64,000 nucleotides of DNA. Origin: an uncultured Thermodesulfobacteriota bacterium (GTDB lineage Bacteria > Desulfobacterota > Anaeroferrophillalia > Anaeroferrophillales > Tharpellaceae). Each line of letters begins with the position of its first letter. The first letter of the stretch is position 1. The stretch is taken from the NCBI GenBank assembly GCA_964457755.1, contig CAYWGC010000001.1, positions 64,332 through 128,331 of the forward strand, in the 5' to 3' direction. Shown piece by piece: positions 1 to 9,720 of the stretch. Both the position numbers and the translations under genes were made by a program. The notes under the pieces were generated by a model. It ran no database searches and was not told where the DNA came from. It saw nothing but the letters and a program-made list of their open reading frames with translations.

Positions 1-175
1 AGGTTGTATAAGTTGACTCTTTATAGACCTTAAGATAATCCGCGCGCAACATGTTCTGCGGAATCACGGTTCCGATAATCGATACTAGAGCTAAGGTTAT
101 GAGCAGAAATATCGTCAACTTCAACGACGAAAAGAAAGCCGCCAAGCCGCTACCCGAAGATCCTTTTTTATTCAT
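1..175 (-). CDS. resB: Cytochrome c biogenesis protein ResB/CcsB, N-terminal fragment (gene runs off the left edge)
   Basis: Minus-strand translation from ATG at 173-175 reads MNKKGSSGSGLAAFFSSLKLTIFLLITLALVSIIGTVIPQNMLRADYLKVYKE. This matches the conserved FFSS(V/L)K..I(F/W)L...A..S(I/A)IGT(I/V)(F/I)PQ N-terminal TM segment of ResB/Ccs1. Absent from the ORF track only because it is partial. Confidence 0.55.
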   Translation of the reverse strand, partial: MNKKGSSGSGLAAFFSSLKLTIFLLITLALVSIIGTVIPQNMLRADYLKVYKESTYTT

Positions 176-261
176 CTTTTTTTCACCCGCCAATTTCAGT
201 ACCTTTTCAGTATAGTTTCGCCACTTCTAACATAGCTTGATGCCTTCGTCAACAAAAAACG

Positions 262-300
262 CCCAATAAAAAAGGCACCCTGTGCCAGGGTGCCCTTTAT
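262..300 (-). terminator. Rho-independent terminator downstream of the cytochrome c gene 325..696
   Basis: Perfect 9-bp stem GGCACCCTG(274-282)/CAGGGTGCC(286-294) with a 3-nt loop. On the minus strand it is followed by TTTTTTATT. Confidence 0.7.
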
Positions 301-324
301 ATACAATCTTACTCTCTTGATCAA

Positions 325-696
325 CTATTTTTTATGACAGCCTTTACAGGGAGTCGGACCAGTTTTCTTACCAGCTTTTTTCATACCCCGGTGACAACCG
401 CGACAGGTTTTGTGAGCCGCATTCTTAATATCAAGCTTCTTGCCATCTTTTTTAAGCTTATGACACTCACTACATTTCTGCGGGGCACCTTCACCCTTAA
501 AGGTGTGGTGACAAATCTTACAATCAGGAGCTGGCACTATATGTTTGACATGACTGAATGTCACTACCGGCTTCTTTTCGGCACCTTTAGCCTTGACGAT
601 CTTAATATCACCCGCCGGACCAGCCGGAGTTCCAAAAGCGACCGCGGCTAAACCTAGAAACGCTACCATCGTTACCAACAACACAATCTTCTTCAT
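325..696 (-). CDS. Periplasmic tetraheme cytochrome c, cytochrome c3 (class III) family
   Basis: 123 aa with an N-terminal signal peptide (MKKIVLLVTMVAFLGLAAVAFG). Four CXXCH motifs (CKICH, CSECH, CRGCH, CKGCH). Lys-rich and about 100 aa mature, as in c3/c7-type cytochromes. Confidence 0.85.
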   Translation of the reverse strand: MKKIVLLVTMVAFLGLAAVAFGTPAGPAGDIKIVKAKGAEKKPVVTFSHVKHIVPAPDCKICHHTFKGEGAPQKCSECHKLKKDGKKLDIKNAAHKTCRGCHRGMKKAGKKTGPTPCKGCHKK

Positions 697-875
697 AACA
701 ACTCCCCTTTTTTCATTTTAATTAACAGATAAGATAACCGTGCAACTAAACTACAGTAAGTAAAACCTACAGACCACTAAAACCAACAAGCTCTCTAAGA
801 GTCCATCAGCCCCACCAAACTCACTACAGTCATTAACACCTATCACAGCAATATTTTTGCGTCAAGAAAAAAGCT

Positions 876-912
876 GGACAAACAAAAAGGCGCCATTTTC
901 GGGGCGCCTTTT
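876..912 (-). terminator. Rho-independent terminator downstream of the cytochrome c gene 939..1313
   Basis: AAGGCGCC(887-894)/GGCGCCTT(903-910) stem with an 8-nt loop. On the minus strand it is followed by TTTTTGTTTG. Confidence 0.65.
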
Positions 913-938
913 TGTTAAGCTGCTACAATTTAAATCGA

Positions 939-1313
939 CTATTTCACATGACAACCTTTACAGGAAGTCGGTCCCGTCTTTTTGCCGGCTTTTTTCAGAT
1001 CTTTATGACAATCTTTACAGGCTTTATGGAGAGCTTTCTTGCTACCCAGAGCCTTACCATCTTTTTTCGCCTTATGACACTCACTACATTTTTTCGGGGT
1101 GCCTTCACCGGCCCAAGTGTGATGACAGCTTTTACAATCGGGAGCCGCCGCCATATGCTTTACATGATTGTAGTTAACTGCCGGCTTTTTATCACAGCCT
1201 TCAGCTTTAACAATCTTGAGATCTCCAGCCGGGGGTGCCGGGTTTGCAAACGCGACCACAGCCATTCCCAAAAACGCCACCATCGCCACCAACACAATAA
1301 TCTTTTTCATCAC
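939..1313 (-). CDS. Periplasmic tetraheme cytochrome c, cytochrome c3 family (tandem paralog of 325..696)
   Basis: 124 aa with a signal peptide. Four CXXCH motifs (CKSCH, CSECH, CKDCH, CKGCH). Clearly alignable with the neighbouring 123-aa protein over its full length. Confidence 0.85.
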   Translation of the reverse strand: MMKKIIVLVAMVAFLGMAVVAFANPAPPAGDLKIVKAEGCDKKPAVNYNHVKHMAAAPDCKSCHHTWAGEGTPKKCSECHKAKKDGKALGSKKALHKACKDCHKDLKKAGKKTGPTSCKGCHVK

Positions 1314-1356
1314 AACTCCTCCATCCTTAAAGTTAAGTTAACTACAGGTACTGCAA

Positions 1357-1377
1357 CAGTTTCTACCTTAGAAACTG
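1357..1377. promoter_or_regulatory. Inverted repeat CAGTTTCTA-cct-TAGAAACTG, 45-65 bp upstream of the cytochrome gene 939..1313 (candidate operator)
   Basis: Perfect 9-bp arms with a 3-bp spacer, seen directly in the sequence. Located in the promoter region of the second cytochrome gene. No matching site upstream of the first copy. Confidence 0.3.
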
Positions 1378-1503
1378 CAATTAGTGATAAATAATACTTG
1401 GCTGAGCGAAAATCCGTATACAAAATATTGATAGCATTGTCAAGTTAATCTCATCGAAAAAAGGTAAAAAAACAAGACCCTTAAGTGAACCATAAAGATA
1501 TCC

Positions 1504-2160
1504 TTAAGAAGCCATATCAACGACCTGCTGCACTAATTTATCAATACCGACAGCAATCTCCCGCAAACCGGGCCCCAACATATAGGCCGGGGTCGTCACC
1601 AGACGATGGCACTGGTCTACAACGATATCATCAACCGGACAATTTTGATGCTGGGCGCCGAAAGATTCGAGCAGTTTTGCGGTTGCCAAGTCATTGCCGA
1701 TAGTGATCTCAGGCTGCAATTCACCTAAAACCCGAGCCAGTACAACGGGAGCGATACAGATAGCGCCAATCGGTTTTTTGGCTTTATGCATCTCCAGCAA
1801 AAGTCGTACAACCTCAGGGTGAACCACCGTCTGATCTCCAGCTAAAGCAAAATCACATAAATTTTTAGCCGCACCAAAACCACCCGGCAAAATTACGGCA
1901 TCGATATCAGCTGCCGAAATTTCTGCCAGGTCACTGATCTCACCCCGGGCAATCCGGGCTGACTCGACTAAAACGTTGCGAACCTCACCAACCGCTTCAC
2001 CAGAAAGATGGTTAACGACATCACGTTGTTCAATATTGGGGGCCATACAGAGCCGCTCAACCCCCAGACGATCCAGAGCCAGCATCGTCAAGACCGCTTC
2101 ATGAATCTCCGAACCATCATTAACCCCACAACCAGACAAGAGAATACCAATTTTCGCCAT
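1504..2160 (-). CDS. elbB: Isoprenoid biosynthesis glyoxalase ElbB (DJ-1/PfpI superfamily)
   Basis: 218 aa. MAKIGILLSGCGVNDGSEIHEAVL...VILPGGFGAAKNL...PVDDIVVD...VTTPAYM is near-collinear with E. coli ElbB/YhbL. Confidence 0.85.
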   Translation of the reverse strand: MAKIGILLSGCGVNDGSEIHEAVLTMLALDRLGVERLCMAPNIEQRDVVNHLSGEAVGEVRNVLVESARIARGEISDLAEISAADIDAVILPGGFGAAKNLCDFALAGDQTVVHPEVVRLLLEMHKAKKPIGAICIAPVVLARVLGELQPEITIGNDLATAKLLESFGAQHQNCPVDDIVVDQCHRLVTTPAYMLGPGLREIAVGIDKLVQQVVDMAS

Positions 2161-2243
2161 GATTCACTCCTACAATGTTTTATCGAAGGAAAAATTAAAT
2201 TTTCAACTATCACATCTTAACTTTAAGACAAAGATAACAACTA

Positions 2244-2289
2244 CGAACTTTGCTTCGCTCTCATAAATGGGGTCAAAGCTTGACAAAGG
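2244..2289. repeat. Dispersed intergenic repeat, family A copy 1 (cgaactttgcttcgc...ctcataaatggggtcaaagcttgacaaagg)
   Basis: Shares the cgaactttgcttcgcc core with 39968-40012 and the ctcataaa(c/t)gggg(c/t)caaagct(g/t)gacaaa module with 17051-17133. The core contains a CGAA(ctttgc)TTCG hairpin. Confidence 0.45.
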
Positions 2290-2399
2290 TTGTTTGAAGT
2301 TCCGTAACGTTTACATGCATCTTTATACGCCTTCATCAAGCAATGACCCCGCCATCGTTAGTTTGAAAAAAGTATGTTGCCTCTTCTTTACTGAAAAAA

Positions 2400-3131
2400 T
2401 CAATCCAGCTTTTCGGCCAGATAGAGAGTCGCTATACCAAAGGTCAAACTATGATAGCGGCAACGCTTAAACCCGGCCGCTTTAAGCCAGTCGGTAAATA
2501 CTTCCCGTGAAGGAAATTGGGCAACCGATTCGGGCAGATAACTATAGGCGCTGCGGCGGGCAAACAGACCACCAACCAATGGTAAAATCTTGAAAAAATA
2601 GAAATTATAGAGGCTTCTTAACCAAGCTATCTGGGGCTGAGAAAATTCGAGGATAGCAACTCTTCCCGAAGTTTTAAGAACTCGATAAAATTCTGCCAGA
2701 GCCTTTTTTTTGTCAACTACGTTGCGAATCCCAAAAGCAATTGTCACAAGTTCAAAATCGGCCTCAGGAAAAGGAAGCTCTTCGGCCGAAGCCGCAACCA
2801 GATCGATGTCGGCCCGCACCTTATCGAACTTGACTTTGGCCAGATCTAGCATCCCTTGGCTGAAATCAAGCCCGACAATCCGGGCCTGGGGAGCTTTCTG
2901 ACGCAAGGCCAAACTTATATCACCGGTACCGCAGGCAACATCGAGAATAGCGCTGTTCTCTTGGCGCAAGGCCATGCGGGCCAGCGTCCGCCGCCAACCC
3001 TGATCAATACCGAGACTTAAAAGTCGGTTCAGAAAGTCGTAACGCGGAGCAATCGCCGAAAACATATCACGAATCGCTCGCGCCCGACTTTCATTATCGG
3101 CACTCTGGCTTTGCTTGTCATTCATTATCAT
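2400..3131 (-). CDS. ubiE: Demethylmenaquinone/ubiquinone methyltransferase UbiE/MenG
   Basis: Class I SAM methyltransferase motif [10 protein letters not shown] and UbiE-type N- and C-terminal regions. The ORF is open to 3194, but the start was chosen at MIMN (about 3131) so it only slightly overlaps the gyrA stop. Confidence 0.8.
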   Translation of the reverse strand: MIMNDKQSQSADNESRARAIRDMFSAIAPRYDFLNRLLSLGIDQGWRRTLARMALRQENSAILDVACGTGDISLALRQKAPQARIVGLDFSQGMLDLAKVKFDKVRADIDLVAASAEELPFPEADFELVTIAFGIRNVVDKKKALAEFYRVLKTSGRVAILEFSQPQIAWLRSLYNFYFFKILPLVGGLFARRSAYSYLPESVAQFPSREVFTDWLKAAGFKRCRYHSLTFGIATLYLAEKLD

Positions 3132-5730
3132 TATTATCTTCTTTTTCGACTTCCGGCAATTGATTGTCGGTCGAAACTTCCTGCGCTGCGCCATCTTCCC
3201 CGACCTCGCCCCCGCTCAAGGCCAGAGCTTCGGAGGCTTCGGCGGCTTCAGCCAACTCTATACGCTCCTGAAAACTACGTTCGATCTCAACTCCTTCCGG
3301 CAGCAAGGCCACAGAAACCAGGTGCTCTTTCTCCTGGTCGATACGAAATACGCGAACGCCCATGGTGTTACGACCGACCACTGAGATATCGGCAACCCGG
3401 TTGCGGGTAATTTTCCCGGCATCGGTGATCATCATAATCTGATCAACGTCAGTCGCTTTAAGCACTGCAACAACATGACCATTTCTATCGTTGACCTTGA
3501 TCGTAATAACCCCTTTGCCGCCTCGAGAACGTAAAGGGTATTCTTGAATAAGACTACGCTTACCAAAACCATTCTCGGTAATCGTCAAAACCGTCGACTC
3601 TTCACCGGAAAAGATCTCAAGACCGACAATATGATCGTCAGCCGCCATGCGACAACCGATAACCCCTTGCGAAAGCCGACCGGTTGAACGAATTCTGGAG
3701 GCGGAAAAATGTACCGCCTGCCCTTGACTTGTCCCCATAAAGATTGAATCACCTTCGCGGGCAATTTTCGCCGCAATCATGACATCATCGGAGCGCAGTG
3801 TAATGCAGCGGATTCCACTTTTGCGAATATTTTCCAAAGCGCTAAGCTCAAGTTTTTTAATCAGGCCGGAACGGGTCGCCATAATGATAAAGCTATCTTC
3901 AGTAAACTCCCGCAAAGCTAAAACGACAGAGATCTCCTCCCCCTCTCCAAGTTGGAGAAGGTTGACCAAGGCTTTACCCCGTGAGGTTGTACCGCCTTCG
4001 GGCGCCTGATAGACTTTAAGACGAAAGGCCCGGCCCTGATTACTGAAAAAGGTCAGGTAATCGTGAGTCGAGGCGACAAACATGCGCTGGACAAAATCCC
4101 CATCCCGAGTCTCCATACCCAGGCGACCGCCGGCCCCGCGACTATAACTGCGATAAGTATTAAGCGCAGTTCTTTTGATATAGCCCTGACGCGAGATGGT
4201 AACCACCATCTCCTCCTCTTCAATCAGATCCTCAATCTGCAATTCACTACCGTCATCAACAATTTCACAACGGCGCTCATCACCATAAAGATCACGAATC
4301 TCATTAAGCTCGGTAACTATAATCTCTAAAACCAGTTTTTCACTGGCCAGGATCTCTTCCAGGCGAACAATCAGAGCCGTAACTTCAGCGTGTTCCTGGA
4401 TAATTTTATCCCGCTCCATACCGGTCAGACGCTGGAGACGAAGGTCGAGAATCGCCTGGGCCTGACGTTCCGTAAAACTGAAACGAGACTGCAACTCCTC
4501 CCGGGCTATCGCCGGTGAAGCCGCGGCCCGAATAATCTCGATAACCTCATCAAGATTGTCAAGCGCCAGTTTAAAACCCGCCAGCAGGTGGAGGCGTTCC
4601 CGAGCTTTGGCCAACTCGAAAGCAGTACGGCGCCGCACCACATCCTTGCGATGTTCAACAAAGTGAACCAGCATCTCTTTAAGATTTAAGACCAACGGCT
4701 GCCGGTCCACAATCGCCAGCAGGGTGATCCCAAAAGAGGTCTGCATATTGGTCTGTTTAAAGAGCTGGTTGAGAACAATCTCGCCTTGCGAGTCACGTTT
4801 TACTTCGATGACAATCCGCATCCCCTGGCGATCGGACTCATCGCGCAGATCTGAAATCCCTAAGAGCTTTTTATGACGCACAAGTTCGGCCATCTTCTCA
4901 AGCATCTTGGCTTTATTGACCTGATAGGGAATTTCGGTAACAATAATCCGTTCACGACCGCTCTTTTTATCAGTTTCAACTTCAGCCCGGGCCCGCAGTC
5001 GAATAATCCCACGTCCAGTCATATAAGCGGAAGCAATACCCTCTCGCCCATAGATGAAACCACCCGTCGGAAAGTCGGGCCCCGGAATGTGGGCCATCAG
5101 ATCAACCACGGCAATATCGGGATTTTCGACATATGCGATCAGAGCATTAACGACCTCAGAGAGGTTATGGGGTGGGATATTGGTCGCCATGCCGACCGCA
5201 ATTCCGGTCGAACCATTAACCAAAAGATTGGGAAAACGGGCCGGCAGAACCACCGGTTCCTTCAGAGACTCATCATAGTTAGCATCAAAATCGACCGTAT
5301 CTTTATTGATATCGGCCAACATTTCACCGGCCAGACGCGACATTCTGATCTCGGTATAACGCATCGCCGCCGGGGCATCGCCATCGACCGAACCGAAGTT
5401 ACCCTGCCCGTCAACCAGCGGATAACGCAAGGAAAACTCCTGAGCCATCCGCACAATGGTATCGTAGACCGCGCTGTCTCCATGCGGGTGGTATTTACCG
5501 ATAACATCACCAACCACGCGGGCCGATTTTTTATAAGCTTTATTCCAGGCGTTGCCAAGATCATGCATAGCAAAAAGCACTCGTCGATGCACCGGTTTCA
5601 AACCATCTCGAACATCGGGCAGGGCCCGGCCAATGATAACACTCATAGCATAAGCGAGGTATGAGCTTTTCATCTCATCCTCAATATTTACCGGCGTCGA
5701 CTCCGGTAGCAGAACCTCAGTTGGTTCCAT
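3118..5730 (-). CDS. gyrA: DNA gyrase subunit A
   Basis: 870 aa. N-terminus [16 protein letters not shown]...[12 protein letters not shown] is the canonical GyrA breakage-reunion domain. The C-terminal beta-pinwheel repeats are followed by an acidic tail. Confidence 0.95.
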   Translation of the reverse strand: MEPTEVLLPESTPVNIEDEMKSSYLAYAMSVIIGRALPDVRDGLKPVHRRVLFAMHDLGNAWNKAYKKSARVVGDVIGKYHPHGDSAVYDTIVRMAQEFSLRYPLVDGQGNFGSVDGDAPAAMRYTEIRMSRLAGEMLADINKDTVDFDANYDESLKEPVVLPARFPNLLVNGSTGIAVGMATNIPPHNLSEVVNALIAYVENPDIAVVDLMAHIPGPDFPTGGFIYGREGIASAYMTGRGIIRLRARAEVETDKKSGRERIIVTEIPYQVNKAKMLEKMAELVRHKKLLGISDLRDESDRQGMRIVIEVKRDSQGEIVLNQLFKQTNMQTSFGITLLAIVDRQPLVLNLKEMLVHFVEHRKDVVRRRTAFELAKARERLHLLAGFKLALDNLDEVIEIIRAAASPAIAREELQSRFSFTERQAQAILDLRLQRLTGMERDKIIQEHAEVTALIVRLEEILASEKLVLEIIVTELNEIRDLYGDERRCEIVDDGSELQIEDLIEEEEMVVTISRQGYIKRTALNTYRSYSRGAGGRLGMETRDGDFVQRMFVASTHDYLTFFSNQGRAFRLKVYQAPEGGTTSRGKALVNLLQLGEGEEISVVLALREFTEDSFIIMATRSGLIKKLELSALENIRKSGIRCITLRSDDVMIAAKIAREGDSIFMGTSQGQAVHFSASRIRSTGRLSQGVIGCRMAADDHIVGLEIFSGEESTVLTITENGFGKRSLIQEYPLRSRGGKGVITIKVNDRNGHVVAVLKATDVDQIMMITDAGKITRNRVADISVVGRNTMGVRVFRIDQEKEHLVSVALLPEGVEIERSFQERIELAEAAEASEALALSGGEVGEDGAAQEVSTDNQLPEVEKEDNNDNE

Positions 5731-5743
5731 ACAATATCTCCCT

Positions 5744-6559
5744 TTATTTCTGTTTTAAGCCTAACACATCCTGCATATCATAGAGACCAGGTTCACGCCC
5801 GGCAAGCCAGAGAGCGGCACGGACGGCGCCGGCGGCAAAATTATCCCGTGAATGGGCCCGATGGATGACTTCCAGACGTTCACCCATCCCCCCAAACATG
5901 ACTGTATGCTCACCCACGATATCGCCGGCCCGTAAAGTCTGCATACCAATTTCACGCTGGGTTCGTTCACCAGTAAATCCCTGCCGAGCAAAAACCGCGT
6001 CCTTTTCATAATCGCGCCCTAAAGTCTCAGCGACAATCTCGCCTAAGCGCACAGCCGTGCCGCTGGGAGCATCTTTCTTCAAACGATGGTGGGCTTCAAG
6101 GATTTCAACATCAAAATCATCCCCTAAAATAGCCGCCACTTCAGCGACAACCTTGAAAAGAACATTAACACCAACACTCATATTGGGGGCAAAAACGACG
6201 GGAATTTGACAAGCGGCCTCGGCCAATAAGCCCCGCTCAGCCACGCTCATACCGGTAGTTCCAATAACCATAGCGACCTTTTCGGCCACGGCCCATTCGA
6301 GATTGGCAAGGGTTGCCTGCGGAGCCGTAAAATCTATCATCACTTGCGCCCCGCAACCGGCTAGTTCCTGCAAACTACCAACCAAAGGCACATCCAGGTG
6401 CCCGATGCCTGCAACCTCGCCCGCATCTTTCCCTAAAAAAGGGTGTTTTGAATACTCGAGAGCGCCGACAACCTGGGTCTCGGGCTGAGCATTTACTAAA
6501 TCAACAAGCCGTTTCCCCATACGTCCGGCGGCACCGGCAACAACAACAGAGCGCATCAA
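5744..6559 (-). CDS. dapB: 4-hydroxy-tetrahydrodipicolinate reductase
   Basis: 271 aa. N-terminal Rossmann motif [14 protein letters not shown] and DapB-type C-terminal domain ([13 protein letters not shown]). Confidence 0.9.
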   Translation of the reverse strand: MMRSVVVAGAAGRMGKRLVDLVNAQPETQVVGALEYSKHPFLGKDAGEVAGIGHLDVPLVGSLQELAGCGAQVMIDFTAPQATLANLEWAVAEKVAMVIGTTGMSVAERGLLAEAACQIPVVFAPNMSVGVNVLFKVVAEVAAILGDDFDVEILEAHHRLKKDAPSGTAVRLGEIVAETLGRDYEKDAVFARQGFTGERTQREIGMQTLRAGDIVGEHTVMFGGMGERLEVIHRAHSRDNFAAGAVRAALWLAGREPGLYDMQDVLGLKQK

Positions 6560-6656
6560 GATTCTCCCTTAAAATTCATATATTTCAACGTCTCGAAAAA
6601 GCGGTGTCACTTATAGAAAAAAAGGCGCAAAAAGTCAACCAATAGTTACAAAAACC

Positions 6657-6690
6657 AGTCGTCAGGAATCAGTCGTCAGTCGTCAGTAAA
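6657..6690. repeat. Short direct heptamer repeats (cagtcgt)n in the dapB upstream region
   Basis: cagtcgtcag-gaat-cagtcgtcagtcgtcagt. Four copies of gtcgtca within 34 bp, about 100 bp upstream of the dapB start. Confidence 0.35.
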
Positions 6691-6719
6691 ATCTTACAAT
6701 CTGCAATCTTCCGATTACC

Positions 6720-8033
6720 TCAGGGTCGCCTCCAACGATAGAGACGGGCCAGGTATTTTGACGGCACCCCGAGATAGTAGCCAACCATAATCAGCTGATT
6801 GATAAGAGTGGTAAACATAACTCCTAAATGCTGCCAGCGCCGGGCTGAGGTGACAACCTTTGCTGGCAGGATAAGCAGACGCCCCTCCTTTTTTATTTTC
6901 CGCAAAAAGTCGACATCTTCCAGGAGGGGCTCTGACCAGAAACCTCCGACCCGGTCAAACAATCTGCGGCTCACAAAAAGAGCCTGATCGCCATAGGGCA
7001 ATCCTAAAATACGACTCCGCCAGGAGATCAGTCTTTCGAGAAAGCGAAAAAGCGGTCGCCGATCGGCAACTACCAAAGAGAAAGCGCCAATCGCAACCCC
7101 GGGCCGCGCCAAACAGTGAGATACAAGCTCGAGATAAGCGGAGGGCAAAAGAGTATCGGCGTGCAAGAAAAGCAGAGACTCGCCCCGCGCTGCCCGCACC
7201 CCAATATTCATCTGCAAACCACGGCCCTCCACACTGGAAAGCACCCGGCAACCCGCATTTTCCGCCACCAGCAAAGAGTCATCTTCACTGCCGCCGTCAA
7301 CCACCAGAACCTCAACCACGCCAGGAAACTGCTTCACCGCAAGCGCCTTAAGTGTACGAGGTAGAGTTTCAGCCTCATTCAGAACCGGAATAATAACACT
7401 GAGCCGGGGCTCGGCCACCTGCCGCCACAAGAGCAAATCTTCAGGCCGATCAATATCAGCCAATGGCGGCAACTGCACGGTTTGCCAGCCCAATAAAGCG
7501 GCCGCCGCCAAGGTTGCGGCCAGGACCTTTTCCGTCCCCCAAGGCATTTTTTCAAAAAGAGCTGGAGCATCCCGATTCAGCCCAATCAGATAGTAACCAC
7601 CATCATACGCCGGCCCAAGAACCAGACCCACTCTGGAGGAAAGTGCTTTAGCAGCCTCTTCCAGGTAACCCACGGAGAGCGCTGGACAATCGCTGCCAAT
7701 CACAATTACCGAGGTCGCACCCCGAACAAAAGCGTCGGCGATGGATCGTTGCAGGCGCTCGCCGAGATCGCCTTCACCCTGATCTCTAAACTTAAGATCA
7801 AACCCGAGCCACTGCCCGAAAGCCCGAAAATCAGCCCCGGTTGCCCAGATCTCAAGGCGCCGGCCGGAAGTTGAGGCAAATTGCCGAGCCGTAGCCACAA
7901 CCTGTTCGCTCATCCGCTGCTGAACCGAAGCCGCCCCAGCCGCACCCAAAGCTGGAATCAAGCGGGTTTTGGTCTGTCCAGGATGGGGATAGCGGGTAAA
8001 AAGGAGTAGGGATACTGAAGGCATAGAAATCAA
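6720..8033 (-). CDS. Fused two-domain glycosyltransferase: DUF2064/TIGR04282-like N-terminal domain plus family-2 glycosyltransferase (TIGR04283-like) C-terminal domain
   Basis: N-terminus LLLFTRYPHPGQTKTRLIPALG is the DUF2064 signature. The C-terminal half, SVIIPVLNEAETLPRTLKAL...VVDGGSEDDS, is a GT-A/GT2 DxD-type domain. The two domains are usually encoded as adjacent separate genes. Confidence 0.65.
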   Translation of the reverse strand: MISMPSVSLLLFTRYPHPGQTKTRLIPALGAAGAASVQQRMSEQVVATARQFASTSGRRLEIWATGADFRAFGQWLGFDLKFRDQGEGDLGERLQRSIADAFVRGATSVIVIGSDCPALSVGYLEEAAKALSSRVGLVLGPAYDGGYYLIGLNRDAPALFEKMPWGTEKVLAATLAAAALLGWQTVQLPPLADIDRPEDLLLWRQVAEPRLSVIIPVLNEAETLPRTLKALAVKQFPGVVEVLVVDGGSEDDSLLVAENAGCRVLSSVEGRGLQMNIGVRAARGESLLFLHADTLLPSAYLELVSHCLARPGVAIGAFSLVVADRRPLFRFLERLISWRSRILGLPYGDQALFVSRRLFDRVGGFWSEPLLEDVDFLRKIKKEGRLLILPAKVVTSARRWQHLGVMFTTLINQLIMVGYYLGVPSKYLARLYRWRRP

Positions 8034-8034
8034 A

Positions 8035-9324
8035 TCAAGATGTCTGTTTACAATAGGTCTCTTGCGTAAAAAAGATCAAAATGGCGCTGATAATTGCCCA
8101 GGCCAGCATCAGGGAAAAACCTGAGCGAAAGGCATCAAAACCATAGACTTTAGCCCCATCAAGAAGCTCACCCTGCCAGCTCAGATCTAAAATCAAGCCG
8201 ACAGCCGGCTGCATAATCATCGGCCCCGACATTACCCCCATATTGATAATCCCGGATGCAGTTCCGCCCAGATGGGCGGGAACTGACTCTTTGACAAAGG
8301 CAAAACTGATAATCATGCCGCCCGAAGCCACTCCGGCAAGCAGCAGAAGTCCGATCAGCAGAACCAGAGGCAGAGCCGGAATAAAAATAATTACAGACCA
8401 AGCTCCGACCAGGATGATATTGCCCGCGATATAGAGAGGTTTTCGCAAACCAATACGATCGGAAAGGCCCCCAACCAACGGCCCGCCCAGAGCCCAGGCA
8501 ACCAGAATAGCTGAATTAAGGGCGGCCGCCTGAGCCGGAGTAAAGTGGTAATGGGTCACCAGAAAAGGGACCCCCCAGAGCCCGGAGAAGGTCAGGATAC
8601 AACCGACAACCCCGCCCGGAATAAAACACAGAAGCCAGGTATTACGATAACGAAAGATCTCTTTTATGCCTTGCCATATTGAACTTTTCGAGTCGCCGTC
8701 AACGTTTGTCTGGGCATAGCTTGAGTACCCTCTTTCGCTCGGGTCATCGCGCACAAAAAACCATATCGCCAGAGCCACTCCCAAGGTCAGCAAGGCTGAG
8801 ACCAGCATAACCGGCCGCCACCCCACCGAACTTACGACCAGACGCAATGGCACCCCGGCAAAAACGGCACCGATAATCCCGCAGAAAAGTGCCATCCCCG
8901 TGGCCAGAGCAAACTGGCGCGGCGCGAACCAGTGGCTGGCCAGTTTCAACATACCAACAAAAGCCACGGCCACCGAGCCGCCAATCAGAAGGCGACCAAA
9001 ACCGGCCCAGAACATCGTCGGCGCCAAGCCAAACATCAGACCGCCAACTCCGGCGACCAGAGCGCCCACCGCCAACAGACGCCGCGGGCCTAAGCGATCG
9101 GCAAGGATTCCGGTCGGCGCCTGCATCGCCACATAGCTGTAAAAATAGAACGCCGAAAGGTTCCCGAGTCCGGCCGCACCGATGGCAAAATCGTGCATCA
9201 GCTCAGTCGTCATCACAGCCGGTGCAACCCGATGATAAAAACCGATCAGATAGAGAATCGCTCCCAACCCCCACATAAACCAGGAGAGACGAGGCGGTGG
9301 ATAATTGATTTTCAGTTCTGTCAT
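8035..9324 (-). CDS. MFS transporter
   Basis: 429 aa with about 12 predicted TM helices and the GxLaDRxGxR-type MFS signature (GILADRLGPRR). Confidence 0.8.
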   Translation of the reverse strand: MTELKINYPPPRLSWFMWGLGAILYLIGFYHRVAPAVMTTELMHDFAIGAAGLGNLSAFYFYSYVAMQAPTGILADRLGPRRLLAVGALVAGVGGLMFGLAPTMFWAGFGRLLIGGSVAVAFVGMLKLASHWFAPRQFALATGMALFCGIIGAVFAGVPLRLVVSSVGWRPVMLVSALLTLGVALAIWFFVRDDPSERGYSSYAQTNVDGDSKSSIWQGIKEIFRYRNTWLLCFIPGGVVGCILTFSGLWGVPFLVTHYHFTPAQAAALNSAILVAWALGGPLVGGLSDRIGLRKPLYIAGNIILVGAWSVIIFIPALPLVLLIGLLLLAGVASGGMIISFAFVKESVPAHLGGTASGIINMGVMSGPMIMQPAVGLILDLSWQGELLDGAKVYGFDAFRSGFSLMLAWAIISAILIFFTQETYCKQTS

Positions 9325-9392
9325 TGACTTAAAAATACTCCACGAAAAGATAACCCGAACAATAAGTTACTCAACTTTCAGGATTGCTAAAA

Positions 9393-9607
9393 GACTAAAT
9401 TTACAAGTTTAATTAAACCACTTCAGGATATGACTTTATTTTGCCTTTCTCTGCGTCTTTGCGTCTCTGCGGGAAAATTCTTTTTATCTCCCGCAAAGAC
9501 GCAGAGACGCAGAGACGCAGAGACGCAGAGAAAAACCGCGATGTTAACAAACATCAAAATTTTTAAGTTTACATTTGATTAAGTTGGGTCAAATCAGAAA
9601 ATTGAGA
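9393..9607. repeat. About 200-bp structured intergenic repeat element, family B copy 1, with a long inverted repeat and (gacgcaga)x4 tandem tract
   Basis: Nearly identical to 14424-14621 (shared gactaaatttacaagtttaatta...tttattttgcctttctctgcgtctttgcgtctctgcgggaaaat.ctttttatctcccgcaaagacgcagag...cagaaaattgag). Arms ctctgcgtctttgcgtctctgcggga / tcccgcaaagacgcagagacgcagag form a roughly 26-bp hairpin. The copy number of the 8-bp unit gacgcaga differs between the two elements. Confidence 0.7.
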
Positions 9608-9720
9608 AAGCTGATAGATAGTTCACACTCAAAGCTTGACGTAGTCGAACAATCTCTATAAGCTCTGGCAAATTAACACATCAACGCCGCGATTACCAGC
9701 CGAGTTATGAGAACAAAAAC

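Noticed and set aside
3111-3410. Plus-strand ORFs of 99 and 89 aa overlapping the ubiE/gyrA junction, and other short antisense ORFs inside gyrA (3585-3776, 3779-4009, 4063-4329, 4873-5664 and others)
   Set aside because: They lie entirely inside the strongly supported gyrA/ubiE coding regions on the opposite strand or in other frames. They have low-complexity or Arg/Pro-rich translations and no motifs. These are typical antisense ORFs in GC-rich coding DNA.
9506-9537. Tandem gacgcaga octamer repeats considered as a possible CRISPR or other array
   Set aside because: The unit is only 8 bp with no spacers. It is part of the larger hairpin-containing family B element and is a simple VNTR, not a CRISPR array.
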